Of a stretch of DNA of 64,000 bases, positions 55,295 through 62,158 are shown piece by piece. The notes under the pieces are model-generated. The model ran no database searches. It had not been told where the DNA came from and worked only from the letters and a program-made list of their open reading frames with translations. The position numbers and the translations under genes are program-made. How positions within the stretch are numbered: position 1 is the stretch's first letter; each line of letters begins with the position of its first letter. This DNA is from Patescibacteria group bacterium (GTDB lineage Bacteria > Patescibacteriota > JAQUNI01): the NCBI GenBank assembly GCA_028717685.1, contig JAQUNI010000001.1, forward strand, positions 54,306 through 118,305, in the 5' to 3' direction.

Positions 55295-55702
55295 TTATTT
55301 TTTCACTTTTTTAAAGCCTAAACTTTTTAATACTCTTATTGCCTGAATTAAATCCTTATCCTTCACTAAAATATGATCAGTGGAATAACTGGAAAGGACG
55401 AAAACACTGATCTTTGCCAGAGCTAACGACGTAGTGACTTTTGCCAGAAAACCCACTAATTCAAAGGGGAAAACTAAATCAAAAGTAATTATTTTCCATC
55501 CATTTTCCACGGATATTACACCATATTCAGGAATTTTCTCTTGTTCTATCACGACAGTGGTTTCCTTCTGGTCTTGGATCACCGCAAACGCATTAGGTAA
55601 AGGTCTCTTGGTTTTCAAAACTGCGTAAGTTTCATGGTGGATATAGATTTTTCCCTCCTTAAAATAATTTTTTAGTTCACTTTGATTTTGCTGACGGGCC
55701 AT
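55295..55702 (-). CDS. ACT domain-containing protein (ACT_7/CASTOR-like)
   Basis: 135 aa. The C-terminal GFLAKVTTSLALAKISVFVLSSYSTDHILV pattern fits an ACT domain. Assignment is by pattern only. Confidence 0.55.
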   Translation of the reverse strand: MARQQNQSELKNYFKEGKIYIHHETYAVLKTKRPLPNAFAVIQDQKETTVVIEQEKIPEYGVISVENGWKIITFDLVFPFELVGFLAKVTTSLALAKISVFVLSSYSTDHILVKDKDLIQAIRVLKSLGFKKVKK

Positions 55703-55854
55703 AATGACATTTGCGGGTTTTAATTTTAGAAATCTCTAAATTTTTTCGGTACCGAAAACTTGCCGATGTCCGATACGCCGGCCGACCTTTGCGACTGCCA
55801 ATTTTGGCATAATTTCTCATATCAAAATTATCACCCCTCTTACACTCAATTGCT

Positions 55855-56289
55855 TTACTTTACTTTGCGTGGCACCATGTCTTTTGGCTTATCCTTGATA
55901 TTTAAGAAATCCATAATACCTGATTTTATTCCCTCTAAAGTTTTGCTATTGTGCAGGCCAGCTTTCTCCGCCTGATTATAATCCAAGAATGATAATGCGC
56001 TTTCCCATTGCTCATTGTGGATATTTCCGATATTTTTCAAAGATAATTCCCCCCAAATGGCGTCAGAGGCATTCGTATTGCCTGGTTCACTAAACGATAG
56101 AGTGATTTCTCCCCTATTTTTGAGAGCAAAGTAGATTGGTCCACCCCCTTTTTTTAAAGAATTTCTTAAAAGGTCTTTATTCATAGCAGGCGGATCTATC
56201 CGGAAGGTATAACCTTTTTGCTCTTCGCTTTCAGGAGATAAATCTGGGTCCCCAGCTTCTTCAGGGTTAAATTTGATTTCTTCAGGCAT
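55855..56289 (-). CDS. hypothetical protein
   Basis: 144-aa ORF. An extended -10-like TGATATAAT lies upstream on the minus strand (about 56330-56340). No family recognised. Confidence 0.55.
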   Translation of the reverse strand: MPEEIKFNPEEAGDPDLSPESEEQKGYTFRIDPPAMNKDLLRNSLKKGGGPIYFALKNRGEITLSFSEPGNTNASDAIWGELSLKNIGNIHNEQWESALSFLDYNQAEKAGLHNSKTLEGIKSGIMDFLNIKDKPKDMVPRKVK

Positions 56290-56405
56290 AGATTTGGTTT
56301 TAATTAGTTAAATTAATTGTCTAACTGCTATCCCGCTGCAGAGGCATCTTGCTTATATTATATCAAAAATTTTGGAAATAAAAAGGGCTATACCGCGAAC
56401 TTTTC

Positions 56406-56474
56406 GGAGGTCAGACGAAAGTCTGACAATTACCCTCGCGCGACCTCCGCGTGTCAAGCTTTCGCTTGACCTCC
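56406..56474. other. compact multi-stem structured element (candidate small RNA or regulatory site)
   Basis: gtcagac GAAA gtctgac (56410-56427) and gtcaagc tttc gcttgac (56453-56470) are each preceded or followed by ggagg / cctcc, which can pair long-range. It lies in a 415-nt gene-free region. Confidence 0.35.
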
Positions 56475-56705
56475 TTATGCGCGCCGCAACTTTTTGGAGA
56501 AAATAAAGATAAAACACGAAGCATTCTGCTACTGGGGCGCGTGCGTTTCTGGATTTCTGCTCCCTTGTCTCTTATCAAATATTTTGGTAATATTAGAATG
56601 TGGCAGGCGGTAATGTTCATATATAAAGTATTCCGCAATTTAATATTGCTAATAAATTATAATAAACTCGGGCAAAATCAATATAAAAACGGATAAGGGG
56701 AAAAA

Positions 56706-56861
56706 TTGGCTTATCATAAGGGAAAATTAGCCCATCTTGTCGATGTTTCCAATAATACGGTTACTGACATTAAAGCAGGAAAACAAGGTAATCTCACTAT
56801 AAGAAACTCTAAAAAAATCGCCAAAGCCCTCGGTATATCTGTGGATAATTTTTTAATATAA
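56706..56861 (+). CDS. short XRE-type helix-turn-helix protein, possibly truncated
   Basis: A 51-codon frame opens at TTG (in-frame taa at 56694). (M)AYHKGKLAHLVDVSNNTVTDIKAGKQGNLTIRNSKKIAKALGISVDNFLI matches helices 2-5 of Cro/C1 HTH, but the first helix is missing. It is too short for the ORF track. Confidence 0.35.
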   Translation: MAYHKGKLAHLVDVSNNTVTDIKAGKQGNLTIRNSKKIAKALGISVDNFLI

Positions 56862-56870
56862 TACATTCAT

Positions 56871-57242
56871 ATGGCAACAACAAAGAAAAAAATTCTCATC
56901 ATAGAAGACGAAAAGCCAATGGCACGCGCGCTTGAACTTAAACTCACGCACGCGGGCTTTGAGGTGAAAGCGGTATTTAATGGCGAGGAGGGAATCAAAC
57001 TTCTCCAAGAAGAAACCTACGCGCTCATCCTTCTCGATTTGGTAATGCCCAATGTGGACGGATTTATGGTACTGGAGATCCTTAAAGAGAAAAAAATAAA
57101 AACTCCGGTCATGGTTCTTACTAATTTGAGTCAAGATAAGGATGAGGAGCGTACGAAAGCGCTCGGCGCAAAGGAGTTTTTTATTAAATCCAATACGACA
57201 ATTGCAACCATCGTTGAGAAGGTAATAAAACTTCTAGAATAA
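56871..57242 (+). CDS. stand-alone response regulator receiver domain
   Basis: 123 aa. KKILIIEDE, phospho-acceptor context LILLDLVMPNVDG, and a conserved T (VLTN) and K (FIKS). Confidence 0.9.
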   Translation: MATTKKKILIIEDEKPMARALELKLTHAGFEVKAVFNGEEGIKLLQEETYALILLDLVMPNVDGFMVLEILKEKKIKTPVMVLTNLSQDKDEERTKALGAKEFFIKSNTTIATIVEKVIKLLE

Positions 57243-57312
57243 CTATTTTCTTGTGAACCCCGCTAGAGTTATTTTTATGGTTAAAACGGGGAAAAAAATA
57301 AAAATATAAAAT

Positions 57313-59061
57313 ATGAAGGACAAATTAAAAAACGATACAGTCAATTCCAACGGGGTGAAATTTGACGACAAAACAATAAAGAAGATTCTCTTAAAAGGGA
57401 ACTATATTACTGAAGAAGATGTTAAGAACGCGGATGATTTTGCCACAACGCACCAAGTGTCATTCATAGGGTATCTGCTCCAAGAAAATCTCATCACCAA
57501 GGACCTCTTGGGGCAGGCGATTGCCGAATCGTTCAAGGTTCCCTACGCTGACTTAAATTCAGCACCACCCGCACCTCTGCAGGTGCAAAAAATTCCGGAG
57601 GAGACCGCGAAAAAATATCACGCGGTTATTTTCGCTGAAGAAAAAAACAAAACCGTAGTCGCCACCGATAATCCAGAAGATCCAACACTCCTGCCGGAAT
57701 TAGAAAAGCTGTTTGTCGGCAGGAGGTTGAGCATTGTCTATTCGCTGACCGAGGACATCAACGCGAGCTTTGTGCATTATCAAAAGCCGCTTGAAACCCG
57801 CTTCTCTAAGATTATTGAGAGCAAAGGGCGAGTCGCGCCAGAGCTTTTGGAAGAAATTTTTGATGACGCGCTCGTATATCATGCCTCCGACATCCATTTT
57901 GAACCCAGGCAGAAAGATGTGCTTGTGCGGTTTCGCATTGACGGCGTTTTACAAGAAACCGGCAGGATCCCCAAAGAATATTACGAAAATATTCTTAATC
58001 GCATCAAGGTGCAAAGCGGTTTGCGCATTGATGAACACTTTGCCGCGCAAGACGGTTCGCTCCGGTATGAACCCTCCTCCTTTAAAGCTTCCTCCTACGC
58101 TAACGCTCCAGCGGGCAAAAAGGATAGCGTTGTTGTTGACCTTAGAACCTCAGTTGTCCCCACTGTTGAAGGAGAAAAAGTGGCATTGCGCGTACTCTCG
58201 GCATATGTGCAAGGATTTTCTCTTGGTGATCTTGGTCTTTCGCCGGCACATCAGCAGATACTTGAGCAAGCCGCCACAAAACCATTTGGCATGATTCTCG
58301 TAGCAGGTCCCACTGGTTCCGGAAAAACCACTACGCTTTACGCACTTTTGAAACTTGTAAATAGCCCAGAGGTGAACATCACCACTATTGAGGACCCGGT
58401 GGAGTACAGGGTGCTCGGCGTGAATCAAATTCAAATCAATCCTCTAACAAATCTCACTTTTGCCAAAGGACTGCGTTCTATCGTCCGCCAAGACCCGGAT
58501 ATTATTCTGGTCGGCGAGATTCGCGACGAAGAAACAGCAGAAATCGCCGTAAATGCGGCACTCACCGGCCATCTTCTCTACTCCACATTTCACGCCAACG
58601 ATGCCGCTACCGCCATTCCTCGGCTTCTGGATATGGGCATTGAACCGTTTCTTTTGGCTTCCACGCTTGAGGTTATTGTCGCCCAGCGACTCGTGCGTAA
58701 AATTTGCGAACATTGCCGGCATAGTGTTACCAAATCGGCAAATGATTGGAAGACGCCTCAGCTTCGGTCAGTTATGCCATATCTTTCCAAAAAGTCGATC
58801 ACGCTCTATGAAGGGAAGAAGTGCGAGATGTGCGGCTATACGGGGTACAAAGGACGAACTGCTATTTTTGAATTCATCCAAATCACTCCGGAGATGCGGA
58901 ATCTCATCTTACACTCCCCGTCAACTAAAGAAATCTGGCAACTCGCCAGTAAGGATGGTTCAAAAACACTTTTTGAAGACGGCATTGAAAAAGTTAAGAC
59001 TGGAGTAACCACAATAGAAGAGCTGCTTCGCGTCGCCGAACCGCCGCAGAAGAGTGGGTAG
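57313..59061 (+). CDS. pilB: type IV pilus assembly ATPase (GspE/PilB family)
   Basis: 582 aa. Walker A GPTGSGKTT, Walker B DPDIILVGEIRD, His box TGHLLYSTFH, and a tetracysteine CEHC...CEMC. Confidence 0.9.
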   Translation: MKDKLKNDTVNSNGVKFDDKTIKKILLKGNYITEEDVKNADDFATTHQVSFIGYLLQENLITKDLLGQAIAESFKVPYADLNSAPPAPLQVQKIPEETAKKYHAVIFAEEKNKTVVATDNPEDPTLLPELEKLFVGRRLSIVYSLTEDINASFVHYQKPLETRFSKIIESKGRVAPELLEEIFDDALVYHASDIHFEPRQKDVLVRFRIDGVLQETGRIPKEYYENILNRIKVQSGLRIDEHFAAQDGSLRYEPSSFKASSYANAPAGKKDSVVVDLRTSVVPTVEGEKVALRVLSAYVQGFSLGDLGLSPAHQQILEQAATKPFGMILVAGPTGSGKTTTLYALLKLVNSPEVNITTIEDPVEYRVLGVNQIQINPLTNLTFAKGLRSIVRQDPDIILVGEIRDEETAEIAVNAALTGHLLYSTFHANDAATAIPRLLDMGIEPFLLASTLEVIVAQRLVRKICEHCRHSVTKSANDWKTPQLRSVMPYLSKKSITLYEGKKCEMCGYTGYKGRTAIFEFIQITPEMRNLILHSPSTKEIWQLASKDGSKTLFEDGIEKVKTGVTTIEELLRVAEPPQKSG

Positions 59062-59498
59062 TAGGATTAGTTGGTAGTTTGTAGTGAGTAGTTAGTAGTA
59101 AATATGAAAATTGAATCGTACGAAAATTTAATTGTGTGGCAAAAGTCAATGGATCTGGTGATTGCTGTTTATGCATTGACAGAAAAATTTCCAAAAGAAG
59201 AACTATACGGTTTAACTTCACAAATGCGCCGCGCAACTGTTTCAGTTCCTTCCAATATTGCGGAAGGTAGTAGGCGTGGTTCTCGAAAAAATTTTAGAAA
59301 TTTTTTACTCAATGCGTATGGTTCCAGTGCAGAGCTTGGGACTCAGATCAAAATCGCGAAACGGCTTTCATACGGAAAAACCAAAAATTATGAGCAAGCG
59401 GATGCACTGCTTGATGAAGTAATGCGCATGTTAGACAAATTGACGTATGGGCTCAAAGAATAAAAGTCTACAAACTACCAACTACAAACTACAAACTA
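59059..59498 (+). mobile_element. hairpin-loop four-helix-bundle cassette (IVS-like), copy 2
   Basis: 59068-59084 tagttggtagtttgtag is the exact reverse complement of 59468-59484 ctacaaactaccaacta (17 bp). ORF 59104-59463 fills the loop. Confidence 0.65.
59104..59463 (+). CDS. four-helix-bundle protein (23S rRNA intervening-sequence protein / Avd-like family)
   Basis: 119 aa. YENLIVWQKSMDL, FPKEELYGLTSQMRRATVSVPSNIAEG. It differs from ORF 61765-62124 at 10 of 119 residues. Confidence 0.9.
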   Translation: MKIESYENLIVWQKSMDLVIAVYALTEKFPKEELYGLTSQMRRATVSVPSNIAEGSRRGSRKNFRNFLLNAYGSSAELGTQIKIAKRLSYGKTKNYEQADALLDEVMRMLDKLTYGLKE

Positions 59499-60886
59499 TC
59501 TTCCTAGGCAAAGAACGGGACTATTTTATTGAGAATTTAAGCATGCTGGTCGCCGCTGGCATGCCGATTTTGGGCGTTCTCGACTCCATTGCCAAAGAAC
59601 TGCGCTCGCGCCGCATGAAAAAAATTCTTGCTCTTATTCGGGAATATATTGAATCTGGCTCGCCAATTTGGAAAGCGCTTCAAACAACTAACCTGTTTGC
59701 CGACCACACTATCTCGCTTATCCGCCTTGGCGAAGAATCGGGAAAGCTTACGGAGAACTTAAAAGTGGTCGCGAATGAACAAGAAAAAAATCGGGTGTTC
59801 CACTCCAAGCTTCGTTCCGCCATAATGTATCCTGTATTCGTACTCTCACTCACGGTCATTATCGGTGTGGGCATTGCGTGGTTTATTTTGCCCAAGCTGG
59901 CGCTGGTGTTTGCCCAGCTTAAAATAACCTTGCCCCTTATCACAAAAATTTTGATCGGATCGGGAACATTTCTTGGCGAATATGGCCAATACGTCGTGCC
60001 CGCGGCAGTTATAGCAATATCAGTTATTTTTTTCTTTATTTTCTCATTTCCAAAAACAAAATTTATCGGGCAATTTATTTTATTTTCTTTGCCCGGCGTT
60101 AAACAACTTATTAAGGAAGTGGAGCTGGCGCGGCTCGGTTATCTTTTAGGCACGCTTCTTGACGCTGGACTGCCGGTAACCCAAGCGCTCAACTCGCTCG
60201 CAAGCGCTACCGAGATTGCGCCATACAAAAAACTCTACAAACACCTGCGCGACTCGGTAGAAGACGGCAATCCGTTCCGGAAAAGCTTTATTTCCTTTAA
60301 GCGCACTAATCATCTTATTCCCGAACCTATTCAGCAACTCATCGTCGCTGGTGAACAGTCAGGCACTCTTTCAGCAACTCTTCTTAAAATCGGAGAGACT
60401 TATGAAGCTAAAGCGGACACGACGACAAAAAATTTGACCGTGATTCTGGAGCCGATATTACTCGTCATCGTGTGGCTCGGCGTTGTAGCCGTGGCGTTAG
60501 CAGTGATTTTGCCAATCTACAGCCTTATCGGCGGATTTAACGCCAACCAGCCCGCAGCGGCACAGCCTCCTCCTGCCGAAGAACAGGTAATCAGTCCGCC
60601 GCCAAGTGTGGAAACAACAGCTCCAGATACAGAAACCGTGGAAGTAATACCCCCTCCGGATACAGAAATCATAGAGAAAAAACCAACAACGCTCCGCGTT
60701 CTTCCCACTAGCGTAGGGTATCTTAACGTGCGCGAGAAACCATCATTAACAAGTAAAATCGTCACGCGCGTTAAGCCGGGTGAAACATTTGAATACACTG
60801 AAAAAAACGAGAGCTGGTATAAAATTATTTTGCCGGATGGCAATTCCGGATGGGTGTTTGAAAAATATGTTGAAGAAAATGAATAA
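59447..60886 (+). CDS. pilC: type IV pilus platform protein (GspF/PilC family) with C-terminal Pro-rich linker and SH3b-like domain
   Basis: 479 aa. Two T2SSF-type repeats (FIENLSMLVAAGMPILGVL and LGYLLGTLLDAGLPVTQAL) and three TM helices. The C-terminal YLNVREKPS...SWYKIILPDGNSGWVFEKYV is SH3_3-like. The ATG lies 17 nt inside the preceding ORF. Confidence 0.85.
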   Translation: MGSKNKSLQTTNYKLQTIFLGKERDYFIENLSMLVAAGMPILGVLDSIAKELRSRRMKKILALIREYIESGSPIWKALQTTNLFADHTISLIRLGEESGKLTENLKVVANEQEKNRVFHSKLRSAIMYPVFVLSLTVIIGVGIAWFILPKLALVFAQLKITLPLITKILIGSGTFLGEYGQYVVPAAVIAISVIFFFIFSFPKTKFIGQFILFSLPGVKQLIKEVELARLGYLLGTLLDAGLPVTQALNSLASATEIAPYKKLYKHLRDSVEDGNPFRKSFISFKRTNHLIPEPIQQLIVAGEQSGTLSATLLKIGETYEAKADTTTKNLTVILEPILLVIVWLGVVAVALAVILPIYSLIGGFNANQPAAAQPPPAEEQVISPPPSVETTAPDTETVEVIPPPDTEIIEKKPTTLRVLPTSVGYLNVREKPSLTSKIVTRVKPGETFEYTEKNESWYKIILPDGNSGWVFEKYVEENE

Positions 60887-60892
60887 ACAAAA

Positions 60893-60998
60893 CTAACAAA
60901 TGACACATAACATCTGACACATGACATTTGACACATATGAAACAAAAAAAATTATAGGAAAATAAAAGGGCATCGTCAGATGTTAGGTATCAGATGTT
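60893..60998. repeat. heptamer-array hairpin (ctgacac/atgacat words)
   Basis: The left array is ctaacaa atgacac ataacat ctgacac atgacat ttgacac. 60909-60932 pairs with 60975-60998 at about 19/24 positions. Confidence 0.65.
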
Positions 60999-61013
60999 CC
61001 AAAAGGGTTTACC

Positions 61014-61309
61014 CAGCACCACTTTTTAGATTATAAACATGTATTACGTCTATACCTTAATTAGTAAGTTAAAAAATAAGACAGAAATATATATTGGATC
61101 AACAAATGATCTGAGAAGAAGACTAAGAGATCATAATAATGGTAAAGAAAGATCTACAAAACGTTATAGGACGTGGAATCTGATTTACTACGAAGCATAT
61201 ATAACAGAGAGTCTAGCAAGATTAAGAGAAAAACGATTGAAACATCACGGAAATGCGATGAAAGAATTAAAAAAAAGAATCGGATTATCCGAATGGAAAA
61301 GTGGTGCTG
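61014..61309 (+). mobile_element. GIY-YIG nuclease-carrying element with 13-bp terminal inverted repeats and 8-9-bp flanking direct repeat
   Basis: 61014-61026 cagcaccactttt is the exact reverse complement of 61297-61309 aaaagtggtgctg. ggtttacc lies immediately outside both ends (61006-61013 and 61310-61317). Confidence 0.6.
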
Positions 61310-61731
61310 GGTTTACCTTGCTGGAAGTTCTTCTCTCTATCGCGGCGATCGCGATTATCGCCGTAATTTCTATTCCCATTTATCAGTCGTTTCAGGTGCG
61401 AAACGATCTTGATATCGCGACCATGGAAATTGCCCAAACTTTGCGGCGCGCGCAAGTACTTTCCCAAGCGGTTGATGGCGACACAAGCTGGGGCGTTTCT
61501 CTCGCAAGCGGAAATATCACGCTTTTTAAGGGCGTAAGTTACGCCACCCGCGATACCAATTTTGATGAAGTGTTTGATGTATCAACAAATATCACTCCAT
61601 CGGGACCTTCCGAAATCGTGTTTGTAAAATTTACAGGCTTACCACAGACCACGGGGACAATAATGCTATCCTCCAATATGAATGAAACGAGAAATATAGT
61701 AATTAACCAGAAGGGAATGGTTAATTATTAG
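61039..61731 (+). CDS. GIY-YIG nuclease domain fused in frame to a type IV pseudopilin (GspH/FimT-like)
   Basis: 230 aa with no internal stop. Residues 1-85 read YYVYTL..IYIGSTNDLRRRLRDHNNG..YYEAY..REKRLK (GIY-YIG). Then comes KSGAG|FTLLEVLLSIAAIAIIAV (class III signal with E5). An internal Met74 lies at 61258. Confidence 0.8.
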   Translation: MYYVYTLISKLKNKTEIYIGSTNDLRRRLRDHNNGKERSTKRYRTWNLIYYEAYITESLARLREKRLKHHGNAMKELKKRIGLSEWKSGAGFTLLEVLLSIAAIAIIAVISIPIYQSFQVRNDLDIATMEIAQTLRRAQVLSQAVDGDTSWGVSLASGNITLFKGVSYATRDTNFDEVFDVSTNITPSGPSEIVFVKFTGLPQTTGTIMLSSNMNETRNIVINQKGMVNY

Positions 61732-62158
61732 TTGGTAGTTTGTAGTGGGTAGTTGGTAGTAAATATGAAAATTGAATCATACGAAAATTTAATTGTGTGG
61801 CAAAAGTCAATGGATTTAGTGATTGCTGTTTATGCATTGACAGGAAAATTTCCAAAAGCAGAACTATACGGTTTAACTTCACAAATGCGCCGCGCGGCTG
61901 TTTCAATTCCTTCCAATATCGCGGAGGGGAGCAGGCGCGGTTCTCGGAAGGATTTTAGAAATTTTTTACTCAATGCGTATGGTTCTGGTGCAGAGCTTGA
62001 AACTCAAGTTAAAATTGCGAAACGACTTTCATACGGAAAAACCAAAGATTATGAGCAGGCGGACGCGCTGCTCGATGAAGTAATGCGCATGTTAAACAAA
62101 TTGACGTATGGGCTCAAAGAATAAAAATCTACCCACTACAAACTACAAACTACCCACT
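61729..62158 (+). mobile_element. hairpin-loop four-helix-bundle cassette (IVS-like), copy 3
   Basis: 61735-61752 gtagtttgtagtgggtag is the exact reverse complement of 62129-62146 ctacccactacaaactac (18 bp). ORF 61765-62124 fills the loop. Confidence 0.65.
61765..62124 (+). CDS. four-helix-bundle protein (23S rRNA intervening-sequence protein / Avd-like family)
   Basis: The start is taken at the ATG homologous to 59104 (MKIESYENL). The ORF track begins at a TTG (61753) inside the hairpin arm. Confidence 0.9.
   Translation: MKIESYENLIVWQKSMDLVIAVYALTGKFPKAELYGLTSQMRRAAVSIPSNIAEGSRRGSRKDFRNFLLNAYGSGAELETQVKIAKRLSYGKTKDYEQADALLDEVMRMLNKLTYGLKE

Noticed and set aside
56411-56696. ORF-track entries 56411-56638 (minus, 75 aa) and 56451-56696 (plus, 81 aa) in the gap upstream of the pilus operon.
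   Set aside because: They overlap each other, have no SD or family motif, and give odd Arg/Cys/Leu-rich translations. The region is better explained as non-coding and structured.
58070-58135. An extra segment of about 15-20 aa in PilB (EPSSFKASSYANAPAGKKD), encoded by cctcctcctttaaagcttcctcc-like DNA, as another in-frame repeat insertion.
   Set aside because: Similarity to the C-tract/G-tract elements is weak and no bounding inverted repeat is visible. It could simply be a variable loop of the ATPase.
59104-62124. Could the Avd-like four-helix-bundle genes mark a diversity-generating retroelement that targets the pilins?
   Set aside because: No reverse transcriptase ORF is present in the window. 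No template/variable repeat pair with adenine-specific differences is visible. The two cassettes differ by ordinary substitutions, so the DGR idea is unsupported here.
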